Notes: generated by a model from the letters alone, not told the origin. Shown: positions 38,379 to 52,440, numbered from the stretch's first letter. The stretch is 64,000 bases of DNA from Octopus sinensis (GCF_006345805.1 NC_043020.1:11346001-11410000); one strand, 5' to 3'. Numbers and translations: made by a program.

Positions 38379-39260
38379 AGATTTAAATATATCATTTTCA
38401 AACTAGCTGTTGCTATTGTCTCAATGGTCCTGTGGGTAAAGACATACAGACATAGCAACACATATACCCCTTGGACAAAGGATCAATCTTGGCCCATACT
38501 CATCGTATTTTTTTTTTCTTTCGATTGGTTTAAATACATCATTTTCACACTAGTTATTACCTGTTGTCTCAATGGTCTTGTGGGTAAAGTCATGGACACA
38601 ACAACACATGAATCTCTTTAACAAAGGTTCAATCTTTGTAAAAGTAGCCAGGGTTTTTTTTTTCCCCTTCTCCATTTACAGAAAAAAAATTAAACTAAAT
38701 AAAATCATATCACAATCCTTACCTGAGACTGAAACCACTATCTACCCCACTGTCTTGTTTGTCACCAAGCACCCTTATCTACTAGGCCATGAAGCCAGTA
38801 ATACTACTTACAAAAAATATGAGATATTTAAACCTATTCTAATGATTGGTTATTCATTACATTAGTCTGATAGATTTAAATACATCATTTTCAAACTAGT
38901 TATTGCTGTTGTCTCAATGGTCTTGTGGGTAAAGACATGGGCACAGCAACCCACAAACCTCTTTAACAAGGGTTCAATCTTGGCCTATACTGGTTAGTAT
39001 TTTTTTTTTCCGCCCTTCTCCATTTACAGAAAAAATAAAACTTAATAAAATCCTATCACAATCCCTACCTGAGACTGAAACCTCCATCTATCCCACTGCC
39101 TTGTTTGTAACCAAACACCCTTATCCACTAGGCAATGCCAGTAATACTACTTACACAAAATATGAGATATTTAAATCTATTTTAATGGTAGGTTATTGAT
39201 TACATTAGTCTGATAGATTTAAATATATCATTTTCAAATTAGCTATTGCTGTTGTCTCAA
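38379..39260 (+). repeat. Old tandem array (about 350-bp unit x2 plus partial units)
   Basis: TTTAAATA(T/C)ATCATTTTCA...TGTCTCAATGG recurs four times. Confidence 0.85.
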
Positions 39261-39399
39261 TGGTTTTGAGAGGTAATGGTGTCAATAAGACCCAAAGGTG
39301 TCAGGTAATGCTGAGTAAGTTCTATGGACAGACCATAGTTAAGCTCCAAGTTTGGTGATTATGTGAACAAGGAGTCCAACGCATGTCATATATCAGAAT

Positions 39400-39890
39400 G
39401 TGTGTATATATATAAAAATTTTCAGAATGAGATAAAAATCCAAGGCTGTGAAAGATTTTAGAACATTTATAAATAGGTCTTACAGCTGTTTTGGGGATAT
39501 TTTATAAATCCCTTCATCGGAGATGGTGTGAGAGAATGGTTAAGCAATAGTTATTCTAGATAAGATATAAAATTGAGAGTGAAGTGGAGGAATGAAATGT
39601 GGGACATGTAGGGATATTGCATCTGTAGATCCATTATTTGGGCAGAATGGTATACCATCTACAGATGCAATATCCCTACATATCTCACATCTATTTTCAT
39701 TCCTACACTTCACTCTCTATTTCATATCTTATCCAGAATAACTATTGCTTAACCATTTTCTCACACCGTCTCCAATGAAGGGATTTATAAAATATCCCCG
39801 AAACAGTTGTTAGACCTATTTATAAATGTTCTAAAATCTTTCACAGCTTTGGATTTTTATCTCATTCTAAAAATGTTTATATATATATAT
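39400..39890. repeat. Large imperfect palindrome (about 230-bp arms, 26-bp spacer) with a decayed hammerhead in each arm
   Basis: 39400-39630 is inverted to 39657-39890; motifs at 39476-39525 (minus) and 39768-39816 (plus). Confidence 0.92.
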
Positions 39891-40188
39891 ACACACACAC
39901 ACACACATATATATATACATGTAAATAAATATATATGTATGTATATATATATGTAATATATATATATATATGTTATATATATATATATGTATATATATAT
40001 GTATATAATATATATGTATATATATATGTATATATATATGTATATATATAATGTATATATATATTATATGTATGTATGTATATGTATATATATGTATGTA
40101 TATATGTGTATATGTATGTATATATGTGTATATGTATGTATATATGTATATATATGTATGTATATATGTGTATATGTATGTATATATG

Positions 40189-40225
<37 letters not shown>

Positions 40226-40226
40226 G

Positions 40227-40263
<37 letters not shown>

Positions 40264-40303
40264 GTATGTAATATATATGTATAATATATATATATATATA
40301 TGT

Positions 40304-40334
<31 letters not shown>

Positions 40335-40387
40335 GTATTATATGTATGTATATATGTATATAATATATATATATGTGTATGTATATG

Positions 40388-40422
<35 letters not shown>

Positions 40423-40564
40423 GTATGTATATGTATGTATATATGTATATATATATATATATGTATGTGTATGTATATATTGTATATATATATGTATATA
40501 TGTGTATATGTATGTATATATGTATATATATGTATGTATATATGTGTATATGTATGTATATATG

Positions 40565-40601
<37 letters not shown>

Positions 40602-40602
40602 G

Positions 40603-40639
<37 letters not shown>

Positions 40640-40640
40640 G

Positions 40641-40671
<31 letters not shown>

Positions 40672-41850
40672 GTATATATATGTATATATATATATGTATA
40701 TATATATATGTATATATATGTATGTATGTATATGTATGTATATGTATGTATATATATATGTATATATATATGTATATAATAATGATTTCTGTCGAGAGGC
40801 TGAGAGGCAGTAAATTACGGACTCAATACATTTGACATACTCTAACTGAAAGGTTTCTAATTTCCTGTTCTCTTGAGTTTCGCATATCCTGATCATTCAG
40901 CTGGTAAACTGTGTTGACCACTGGTCAGCCTAAGTTCTTCTCTGGAATCATCTGTTGTTGTTTGAATATATTTCGAAATATTATTCAGAGTCTATCACGA
41001 AAATACTTACCTTTTATGTGTGAATGATATGTGAAATGGCTGTTGTGAAATGCCATATATGGTGACCCTACAGAGAACTAGATTCTTTAGTGTCTGGTTT
41101 TGATAAGCAATGTCCTAAGTTCGTTTTTGCACCTCTGACAATGTTGTCTTTCCACCATCTACAAACAGGGCCCATTGGTCATAAAATGCTAATATTTTTT
41201 ATTCTTTATTCACAAATATGTAATTCTTGCATGCTTCCTTTTGTGGTTTCCATTATTTCTGTTGATTCCATTGGTGTTTGGTCTTGTTTCTTTGCTTCTT
41301 TTATTTTTAATCTAACCATAACATCAACTCACCAGAATTCTAACACTTTTGGTTTTGGTGTCTTTGTTCTTAGTGAAAAGATTTTTCTATGCAGACAGAC
41401 ACCCTTATGAACGCACACACACATACACACACACACACAGACACGCTTACGTACATATATTTATTAGCATTTTCATTAAATTTAAATTAAATATCTTTTT
41501 TTAGAAGAAAATTATTTCATCAAAAAATTAAAAAAAAGCGAATGAATGTTTTAAAATAAATTGCAAAAAATTATTTTAGAGAAAAATATTAAATACTGAG
41601 TATACTGAGTTTAAAAAAAGATAAAATAAAGTTTTATATTTAATCTTGGATTTAATGAAGTGTGTTTGAGTCTAAGAAGTTTATATGGTTTTACCAGGGT
41701 AAATAACATTTACATCATATACATGACTCACATATATATTAAAACATTCCTGCAGATTAGTGAATATGCTGATTGCTATTGTGTTTCAACTTAGAACAAC
41801 TTCTTTATGATGGATATGTGTTCACAACATACTCAGTTCATTAGCATAAG

Positions 41851-42585
41851 GAAAGTATGTGACACCTGGTGTTTCAACATTGTTGTTTCTCATCAGTGAA
41901 AGGCACCCTGGACTAATGAATTTGACAAGAGCTCAAGGCTCTTGTTTATAACTTCAGAAAACTAAACTGTTTGCTGATATGTGCTGGCATCTGCCAACCT
42001 GGAGTGGCTGTGTGGTAAGTAGCTTGCTTACCAACCACATGGCTCCGGGTTCAGTCCCACTGCGTGGCATCTTGGACAAGTGTCTTCTGCTATAGCCCCG
42101 GGCCGACCAATGCCTTGTGAGTGGATTTGGTAGACGGAAACTGAAAGAAGCCTGTCATATATATGTATATATATATATATATGTATATATATGTGTGTGT
42201 ATATGTTTGTGTGTCTGTGTTTGTGCCCCTAGCATTGCTTGATAACCGATGCTGGTGTGTTTACATCCCCTTCACTTAGCGGTTCGGCAAAAGAGACCGA
42301 TAGAATAAGTACTGGGCTTACAAAGGATAAGTCCCGGGGTCGATTTGCTCGACTAAAGGCGGTGCTCCAGCATGGCCACAGTCAAATGACTGAAACAAGT
42401 AAAAGAGTAGAGTAAAGAGTATATGCAGCATTTTGATTCTTGTTTACTGTGCATATCAGCGCAGATCAGCAAACAGCTTTGTTTGCTGAAGCTATAAATA
42501 AGAGCCTCAAACTCTTGTTAGATTCATCAGTCCAGGGATGTTTGTGACTGAGAAGACAGAACAATGTTGAAACACCAGTGTTTTT
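41851..42585. repeat. Inverted repeat (about 135-bp arms) split by a SINE-B insertion (42001-42418, plus)
   Basis: 41851-41990 is inverted to 42452-42585. Confidence 0.8.
41861..41896 (-). ncRNA. Hammerhead-like motif, canonical core and GUC triplet, stem I unpaired
   Basis: CUGAUGA-GA-AACA(ACAA)UGUU-GAA-ACACC(A)GGUGU-C. Confidence 0.6.
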
Positions 42586-45104
42586 TGTACTGATGAATCA
42601 AGTATGTTATGAACACACAACTGTTGTAAAAAAAGAAAAAAAGCTGTTAGCATATTCATCCTAGAATGTGCCGGAACATTTTAAGAATATATATATGCTA
42701 ATCATTACGTGTAAATGTGAGTGTGTGTATAATACACGTTATTCATTCTTGTAAAATGACACTCTTCATGCATGTGTGTAGAACTATACACTCACATGTA
42801 CATGTTAATTTACATTCATCTGTGCATACATAAATATAAGCTTATGTATGTGTGTGTATATAAGGACATGTGTGTGTGTGTGTATAAGGACATGTGTGTA
42901 TGAATACAGTGTTTTCATTATTTCTTTGTTAATAAGCAAAGCAGAAACTTCATAAATGGCAGAATTAACAGATCGCATCCTTCTACCCAGGGTCATGATG
43001 TTTCAGTGTAGAGAGAGAGCACAGTGCGTTTTATCTATAGAGAACAATGTTTCTATGTATGTAGAATACTGTGTTTCTGTTTAGAATACACTGTACTCCA
43101 TTTGCATAAACAGGGTATTCTACACACAGAAGCAATGTTTCACCAGTTTTGTTGAGTTTTGAGACTGACTTTGTAGAAGTTACCTAATTTTTTCATTTAA
43201 GATAATCTCTGTATAAGATGAACAGTGTTTACAGAAAAGACTTTTATATGCAATATAATACAGTATATCTTCTATTATTATTATTATTATTCTCTTTCAT
43301 TAACCTTTAGCACACTGTAGGTGCATCATATCACAATGTGAGTTTTCTCCCCTGTAGTAACAGGACAGTGGCAGAGTAAAACAATTCTAGAGAAAATACA
43401 GTGTACTAAGGGTTAAGAAAGTCTGTCAGAGTCAACCCACCAATTCCACAACTATTACAGCTCCAACATTACAACAATTGACACAACCAACACCATAACT
43501 ACCACCGCCTTCAAACACTCTAACATTTTTACAACAATAAACTCCACTATGACACTGAACACAACAACAACTGCAACTATATTTCTCTTCTGTTTTATCT
43601 TCTCACCTGCACTCTAACTCAAACCTCATTTATTTGCTATTTATTTATTGCTATACCTAAACTTCAAATTATGACCTCTCCTTCTTCCCATCTCTCGAGC
43701 CATTTATCTATGTACCTACCTTTATAGCTATCCTCTTTTCATCACTCTGTCTGTCTGTCTATCTCTCTTTCTCATAATTTGCACAGTTACTCTGTAACTC
43801 CAAATTTTCCCTGTCTTCCTTCCAACACGATACATATCTATTTTTCTATGTACCCTGTTTCTCTCGGACCCTAACTTCTTTCTCTCTCTTTTCCTTTGAC
43901 CCTTTCACATCTATATACACTGTTACACTAGCAAACCAAAATCACTCTCTTTACTTCTCTGTCTGTCTGTCTGTCTCTCTCTATATATATATATATATTA
44001 CTCTCTCTCCCTCCTCTCTTTCTCTGTTACTTCTCTCTCTCCCACTCTCCCTCCTCTCTTCTCTTCCCCCATCTACTTCCCAATCTCCCTTTTTTTCTTT
44101 CTCTTCTCTCTTCCCCCTCTCTCTATTCACTTTCTCTCTCTCCACCTACTCTCCAATCTCTCTTCTCTTTCTCTACTCTCCCCATCTCCCTTTTCTCTCT
44201 CCTCCCTCTCCATTCGTTCTCCCTCCCCCTGCCTACTTCCCAATCTCCCTTCTCTTTCTCTACTCTCTCCCCCTTTTCTCTCTTCCCCCCTGCCTACTCC
44301 CCAATCTATCTTTTCTTTCTCTCTCTTACCCGTGTCTCTCTCCTCCATCACTCTCCCTTCTCTCTCCTCCATCGCTCTCCCTTCCCCCCTCATCACTCTA
44401 ACTCTCTCCCCCACCTCCCTCCCTCCCCCTCATCCTCCACAAAACAAACTACAACAACAAAAGCCATTGTGTAAGGCGTGAGCCGTTGTCTTAAACACTG
44501 CCCAACAGATGGCAGTGTGTGATATTGTTTCTGATTGGCAGGTTATTCTGTCAAGTTTAGAGCCCCCACAAGTGAGTGTGTGTGTGGCAAGTCGCAGTAG
44601 AGGGACATAACCGAGGAGTTTAAACAACACACTCCAGGTACGTATTTAAATATATGTGTATATATATATGTGTATATACATTCATACATATATATACACA
44701 CACATATATTCTCACCACTTGTTAATCCTACCCCCACCTTTTCTATGCTTTAACTGTGTTTTTTTTACCTCTTTTACTTCTAAAAAAAATTAACAAAATA
44801 TTAATTGTTATAATCAACAATAATTTTTTTTTTTTTTTAATGGCCATAAGGACCCAAGATGGAAAGGGCCGGAACTAAGTCAAGTGACAAAAGAAAAACT
44901 TCAAACAAAAAAATGGTGTGGTGGGATGTGGGGTTTATATCGGGTGAAAGGATGGAGATTGAGCAGACACATTAAAATAAGGGGGCAAAAATAATAATAG
45001 TAGTACTAATAATGCTGCTGTCTTTATTTACCTCTAAGGGTTCACAAAATTAAAAACATTGGGGACAGTACAGGACAGGACAGTACAATGTGGGGTCACA
45101 TAAA

Positions 45105-45950
45105 TAATAATAATAATCCTTTCTACTAAAGGTACAAGGCCTGAAATTTGGTGGGAGAGGACTAGTTGATTACATTGACCCCAGTGCTACACTGGTACTC
45201 AATTTAGTGACCCCAAAAGGACGAAGGGCAAAGTCGACCTTGGTGGGATTTGAACACAGAACATAAAGACGGATGAAATGCCACTAAGCATTTTGTCCAT
45301 CGTGCTAACGATTCTGCCAGCTCACCAACTTCACAATAATAATAATAATAATCCTTTCTACTGTAGGCACAAGACCCAAAATTTAGCAGGAGGGGACTAG
45401 TTGATTACATCGACCTCCCCAGTACTCCACTGGTACTTATTTTATTGGCCCCAACAGGATGAAAGGCAAAGTAGACCCCAGCAGCATTTGAACTTAGAGC
45501 CTGAAGACAGATGAAATATTGCTAAGCATTTCACTTGGTGTGCTAACGATTCTGCCAGCTCACTGCCTTAATAATAATAATAATAATCCTTTCTACTATA
45601 GGCACAAGGCCTGGAATTTTGGGGGAGGGGGATAGTCGATTACATCAACCCTAGTGTTTCAGTGGTACTTAATTTATCAACCCCGAAAGGATGAAAGGAA
45701 ATGTCAGCCGTGGCAGAATTTGAATTCAGAACATAGCGGCTGATGAAATACCGCTAAGCATTTCACCCAGCGTGCTAACAGTTCTGCTAGCTTGCTGCCT
45801 TAATAATCATCATCATTTAATGTCCGCTTTCCAAGCTAGCATGGGTTGGACGATTTGACTGAGGTCTGGCGAACCAGACCCCAATCTGATCTGGCAGAGT
45901 TTCTACAGCTGGATGCCCTTCCTAATGCCAACTACTCCAAGAGTGTAAAT
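45105..45950 (-). mobile_element. Head-to-tail chain of three SINE-A copies plus an RTE-tail element
   Basis: Each unit begins on the + strand at an (AAT)n run (about 45105, 45337, 45572, 45803). Confidence 0.9.
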
Positions 45951-48361
45951 GATAATGGTAAATGCTGAAGTCCAGGCAGTAAAACTCTTTGGGGAAACCA
46001 AATCTGAAGAACAATGGCAGATGCTAAAATGATGGTGGTAAATTTTCGGAGAAGTGACTGTGTGAAATAGAGCCATATTCTCTTCTGGTAGTAACTGTTT
46101 GACCCTTTATTCACATCGTTTCCACTTAACGATGCCATTGGGAAAGACGTATAAGTCACAGCCTTCTATTCTCTCACTTAAAACCATCAGCCTTCCATCT
46201 TTTTTTCTTCTCTCTTTTTCTTATTTTCAACTTTAAAAAAAACAAAAAAAAAAACTGGTTCACCAGAATTGAAACTCTTTCTCTTTCTTTCTGATTACTG
46301 AAGTTTAACTGGTTGAACACAATCTCGCTTTCATTAGATTAATTATCTCTCGATCTCATCATGTATCTATCCCATTTTTTAAAAAAAGCATTGAATTAAA
46401 ATCGACAGTGTATTTCTCTTGAAATACAGTCTTCGTTTCAATTAATTTTTTGACTAACGACAAATTTAGTAAAATATCTTTGTCGTTATTAAGCTCGTTT
46501 TTGGAACACAAATTAGCCTGAAATTTTGATGGAAGGTTTTGATTTAGAAAACTTTAAAACAAGAAGCTTGTCTCATGGAACCAAAGGGTGGTCTCGGGTT
46601 GGTTGGTATTAAAAGGGTTAAAATTTTTTTTTTTTTAAATAAAATGGTATCAAACAGTTGGGGGGGGGGGTCATAATATTCAATATTTTATGATTCATTA
46701 ACTCTACCTCATTTAACTTAATTGGTGCTGTGGGTTTTTCCTTTGGGTTTTTCCTGGATATATCTCATTTTGTCTTATTGGTTGTAATTTTTAAAAAAAT
46801 TATTGTTAGTTTCATCCCCTCCTTTACCTCCAATTATTAATTTTTTTAAAAGTCAATTTGTTCAATTTTCTTTACCTTTTTTTAATACTTTTTTCTTTTC
46901 TTCCGATATTATTTCATTTAAAATTAATTATTCCACAAACATTATCATCTAAGATTAAAAAAAGAAAAATCATTAATTTTATTTTCAAGAATTGATAGAA
47001 ATTTGATTTGAAGGAATAAATTGAATATTGAACAGTGATCTTTAATTTGGTTAGGGAAGAAGGGTGAGGCTTGAAATTTTGGAAACTGGGATGGAGCAAC
47101 AAAGGGTGGGGTGGAGAATAGGGCCAAAGAGGGAGGTGAGAAAGAATGATGCCTTGAAAACATGGAGGGAGGGAAGATTTTATTATCAAATCCTGCAAAA
47201 TGGCCCAGGAATCAGCCCATCTATCAGTGCACAAAAATGGAAAATTCCAAATATTGAAGTCTGGATTGCCAATCGGCTCAAACCCAATCCGTCTTCATCC
47301 TAACTAAACCCCACCCAAACAACTTCCATTTTGATTCTGAGGTGAAGGCCACTGATTTTTTTTCAAAGATTTTACCACCATTTGTGTGGACTGTTCAGGT
47401 TGAAGAAAAGGTGGTGTTACCATTTCTTCCATGATTCCCTTAGCGCCATGTAAAGGATGTATTTTCCTCTGGCTACTGCAAATCAGTGTCTATGTACCAC
47501 AATGCCAATATTGTATATGGCTATAATTCTATAGTATATAAACTTGGCTGTTGATGGTCTCTGTTGATCTCTTTAGACATCTCTATTCTGCTTTGAAGAG
47601 TGTGCCTCCAGAAAGTTAAACGTTTCATCCAACAATGCAACGCTGGAAATAATGATGGGTGACTTTAACCTTTCTCTTTGTGGATTGGTTTTTGAATATC
47701 CCGAAACCAAGAGTTTGCATTTCAACCCCAAACGAAGTAGTACTAGATACACTTTTTAAGTTTATAAATGCTTTTTTTGTTCCTGTCCCAATCGTACTTG
47801 AGCCAACGAGGCGCGACAAAAATGTCTTGAACCTCAAGTTTAGCAATCACACCATCACAGTTCATAATATCAGAATCAAAAAAAAAAACCCATGACATGA
47901 TACCTTGTAGTGCTGTATTTGAGATCCTAAGATTAGACCAAAATCACTGACCCCGGTGCACCAATTTGACAACATGGACCTTAAAGGAACTGGAGTGCAA
48001 TCACATGACCAATCCTTCAATCTCACTTCCTCCGATGTCAAAGTGACTTGGCAGTTATTTGAGGACACACTGTCCCTTGTATATGCGCTAACCCTAACCC
48101 TGACATGATCCACCAACCATAATAGATGCAGGCTCCCAAGTGAGAGAAAAATCCATTGCAAAAATAAAGAGAATCCACGCAAAAAAGAAAAAATTGCTTA
48201 AAATACTTCCAACAGCAGCAGCATCCCCTCCCAAGAGTATTAAGTAAGCTGAAGTCAAAAAATAGAACACCTTCTGTTCTACAGGAGCCCTTTCATTAAT
48301 AACCAAAAGGATACTGAGGGAGACTAGACCCCAACTACCCCTGATCAGTAAACACATCTTT

Positions 48362-48580
48362 CAAAATTATAGTGATGTCATCTTGGAGATCTCCAGCATG
48401 CATGCGCAGGGCTGTAATCTTCTGGAAGGCCTGCCAAAATTATAGTGATGTCATCTTGGAGATCTCCAGCATGCATGCGCAGAGCTGTAATCTTCTGGAA
48501 GGCCTGCCAAAATTATAGTGATGTCATCTTGGAGATCTCCAGCACGCATGCGCAGGGCTGTAATCTTCTGGAAGGCCTGC
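48362..48580 (+). repeat. 73-bp unit x3
   Basis: CAAAATTATAGTGATG at 48362, 48435, 48508. Confidence 0.97.
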
Positions 48581-48873
48581 CAGAAGTTCCCTCATGTGCA
48601 TACGCAGAAAACTAGCAGCAGTGAAATTCTCTTGTATCTCTCTCTTTGACGCTAGCAGCTGAACGATACAGACGTGTCTGCATCAGCTCTCTCGAGCTGC
48701 TGTCTCGTGGCGCATCCCCGCTATGCTTGAACAGGCAGGATTGACTCACTCCACTAGACTACTGCCGATAAGCTCCTAGGTTGCCGATTCGCCCAGAGGA
48801 AGGAAATGTTTATATTGCGAATCAAAGAATAAGTATTTATACTGTTGAAGTTAACGGAAAATCTTGACTCTTT

Positions 48874-49187
48874 CATCATCAACATCATCATCATCATCGT
48901 TTAACGTCCGCTTTCCATGCTGGCATGGGTTGGACGGTTCAACTGGGGTCTGGGAAACCCGAAGGCTGCACCAGGCCCAGTCAGATCTGGCAGTGTTTCT
49001 ACAGCTGGATGCCCTTCCTAACGCCAACCACTCCGAGAGTGTAGTGGGTGATTTTATGTGCCACCGACACAGGTGCCAGACGAGGCTGGCGAACAGCCAT
49101 GCTCGGATGGTGTTTTTTACGTGCCACCGGCACTGGTACCACAAAGCTACAAATTCCATTAATGTTCATCGAGTTTGCTTTTGATTT
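48874..49187 (-). mobile_element. Short retroelement sharing the RTE 3' tail
   Basis: Very similar to 21113-21545, which carries extra internal repeats. Confidence 0.88.
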
Positions 49188-49815
49188 TGTCCAGAGACTC
49201 TTTCTTCAATTAATATTTGATGTAAAGGATGCGAGCAGCACCCATCCATATATGTTATATATCTTGACTTCAGTAAAGGTTTCCACACTCTCAACCACAA
49301 ATTATGCTGATATTATCCAAAATCAGTCTGTGGTAAGTCACTGCTGTGGATTAATTCTTTTCTGGCAAACAGAACCCAAAGTTATGATCAATGGAATTTA
49401 CTGAAAATCTGCAAAATGTCAATAGTGGTGACCCCCAGGGTTCTGTGTTAGGCCATCTTTTGTTTATTATTTACATAAGTGACATAGTAAATGTCATCAA
49501 ATATAGTGAAATAAAAATCTTTGCAGATAACTGTAAACTGCAGAAAGTCATGAAGGGAGTGAGTGACCAAACGGAACTCTAGTGTGATCCAAATGCTGCA
49601 ATTCAAAGAGCAAAACAATAAATAAATAAAATAAACCTGAACAAAAACAGAAAAAAAAACATGCTGTTAAATAGAGAAAGGTTTGAGTTAATCCATTTTG
49701 GAAAAGAGATAATCAAGCATATTCTCTTCCCTTGGATAACATCAGATAATATCAAGACTCGAGTGTAGATAACAACCCAGGTTAGAGTACTCGCATCTAC
49801 TATAAAGTTGATATG

Positions 49816-50047
49816 TATTTCTTTACTGCCCACAAGGGGCTAAACATAGAGGGGACAAACAAGGACAGACAAAGGGATTAAGTCGATTACATTGACCCCA
49901 GTGGGAAACTGGTACTTTATTTATCGACCCCAAAAGGATGAAAGGCAAAGTTGACCTCGGTGGAATTTGAACTCAGAACATAACGACAGACGAAATACGG
50001 CTACGCATTTCACCCGGCGTGCTAACATTTCTGCCAGCTCGCCGCCA
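49816..50047 (-). mobile_element. SINE family A in the CR1 remnant
   Basis: 17-bp TSD ACTATAAAGTTGATATG (49799-49815, 50048-50064). Confidence 0.95.
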
Positions 50048-50702
50048 ACTATAAAGTTGATATGATCCACAGAATGTTCCTATTGATCCTTAGAGCTATC
50101 CAGTCCGGAGATCCTTCTCTTCTCTACATTTGCCAGGCATTACCTTGCATACTGTTGTCTCCTTTCACAAAACATAATGAGAATTGATACACCTCGGAGG
50201 CTAATTACATTTAAAAAATGACGAATGACATGTCAGGCCTCAACTATTGGAATCCCCTTAAAAAGCTCAAATTTCTTTTTTATCCAGCGCTACCATGAGC
50301 ACTACATCATTTGCGAAAAAAAAAATATTCCCTATCAATACAGCTGAAACAATGTCAATATCAATTTCCAAGTCACCCAAGGTTTGGCCCCAGAGCCATA
50401 CATGCCCCCAGTGAAAATTGAGCTCAAATCATATAACATTGCAATAAAGCTGCTTTTTTTCTTTTTTCGCTTCAACTGCTCCTGTTGTATTCAATGTTAT
50501 TCTGAAAGAAATCAATGAAGGAAAAGAATCAAACAGAACTTGGACAGATTCCCCCAAGAACTACCAGACAAACCAAGCAACAACTCCTTACCCGAGTGGG
50601 TTGTGGTGGTTTAAAACATGACGAAAAAAAACAACTCCAAGTTAAATATGGACTGGGCCAATAAAGGAATTATGGCCAAAACCTTTCTAAGCAATGATTT
50701 TA

Positions 50703-50736
<34 letters not shown>

Positions 50737-51482
50737 ATATCATGTGTCTGAGTGTATATATATATGTGCGTGTATGTGTACATATATACATATGTGTGCG
50801 TGTATGAATGTATGTGATGGTGCTTAGCCTGGTGGTTAAAGGCGTTCAGTCCACAAGCATAGTGGCACGGTTTCAACTCCTTGACCAGGCATCACCATTG
50901 TGCTCTTGAGCAAGCCACTTCATTTTGGATTACTCCAGTTTCCTTAGCTGTAAATGAGTACCAGCTGTGTACCAGGGCAGCCCTTTCTCTCTCCTTTAAC
51001 ATGTCACATGCTGAATGTGGAATGTCAAAGGATGACGGCATTCAAGAAGGTGCCTCTGTCTGCCTTGTAACTCCACTGGCACCTTAAACAATTGACAGAA
51101 GCATGGTACATGTCACCAACCGGTTCTCATTTGCAAGTGACAGCTCATAGCATAATATATATTGTGTATATATGTATATATATATATATATATATATTAT
51201 GTAAGCATTTATTATTTCAACTCCTTATGAAAGGAGCTTTTTTACTGGACTTGAATTTAAAAAAAGAAGATCTTTTTGTAGATTAAGAAATCTTAATGAA
51301 AATTCTAATTCTTTTAGAGTTTTTTTTTTTTTTTTTTTTTCTCTTTTAATTTTTTAAAAAATCTTTGCAGAAATATTTTAACAGAATTCTTCATTTTCAT
51401 AGTTTCTAACAGTTTCTCTTTTTTCTTCCTTTTTTTTCTTCTTCCTTCAAACATTGTTTACCATTCCTGGTGTCTGGTATAG

Positions 51483-51626
51483 GAATCCTAACTGGTCTCC
51501 TCATCAACCGATTTCCATGTGGGTTAATTATCGTCTTTGGTTCCCTCATGATGTCCAGTGGAATCATTGCCAGTTCCTTTGCCTCCAACATCATCTCCCT
51601 TATTGTCACTCTGGGCATCTTTTCTG
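51483..51626 (+). CDS. SLC16/MCT-family transporter, coding exon B (TM2 end to TM4)
   Basis: AG at 51481-51482; 144 bp, phase 1/1; GILTGLLINRFPCGLIIVFGSLMMSSGIIASSFASNIISLIVTLGIFSG matches the MFS TM2-TM3 loop and MCT TM3-4; donor GTAAGT at 51627; not in the ORF track. Confidence 0.9.
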
Positions 51627-52440
51627 GTAAGTAACAATTTCTTCTTTTCTTCGATATTTTTTTTTCTCTCGCATGCTCTTTCTCTTCCTCTGTCATATTC
51701 CCCCTCTTTCTCCCCCCCCCATTCCTCTCTCTCTCTCTTTCCCCATCCCCTCATTCCTTTCTTTCATTCTCCTTTCCGCATTCCCCCTCTCTCTCATTCC
51801 TTTTCTCCCTCTATCTCTCCCTCTCTTTCTCATTCCTTTCTCCCTCTCTTTTCCTTTCTTTACCCCATTTCCTCTCTCTTTCTTCTTTCCCCATTCCTTC
51901 TCTCTCTCTCATTCCTTTTCTCCCTCTCTCTTTCCCCATTCCCTCTCTCTATCATTCCTTTTCTCCCTCTCTTCCCTCTCTGTCTCTCATTCCTTTTCTC
52001 CCTCTTTCTCTCCCTCTCTCTTCCCCATTCCCTCTCTTCCCCCCATTCCCTCTCTGTCTCTCATTCCTTTTCTCCCTCTATCTCTCCCTCTCTTTTTCCC
52101 CATTCCCTCTCTCTATCATTCCTTTTCTCCCTCTCTTTTCCTTTCTTTTACCCATTTCTCTCTCCCTCTCTTTCCCTATTCCTTCTCTCTCTCATTCCTT
52201 TACTCCCTCCCTCTCTCTCTCTCCCTCATTATTTTATTTTGATGCTATTGTTTTGCATGAGCTGCCCTCGGAAATGAGCCAACCTCCTTAAATACTTAAA
52301 ACTCCTCAACTGTAACCACCCAACTACATTCGAAATAATATCTTAATAGATATTCTGTGGATCATATCAACTTTATAGTTGGCGGCGAGCTGGCAGAAAT
52401 GTTAGCATGCCGGGCGAAATGCGTAGCCGTATTTCGTCTG

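Larger units (their letters stand above)
47640..50700 (+). mobile_element. Fragmented CR1-clade LINE (APE, RT and 3' parts) with several insertions
   Basis: MMGDFN and EPTRRDKNVLNL (APE); GDPQGSVLGHLLFIIYISD...IFADNCKL (RT); LNYWNPLKKL and LDRFP..LPDKP remnants. Confidence 0.75.
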
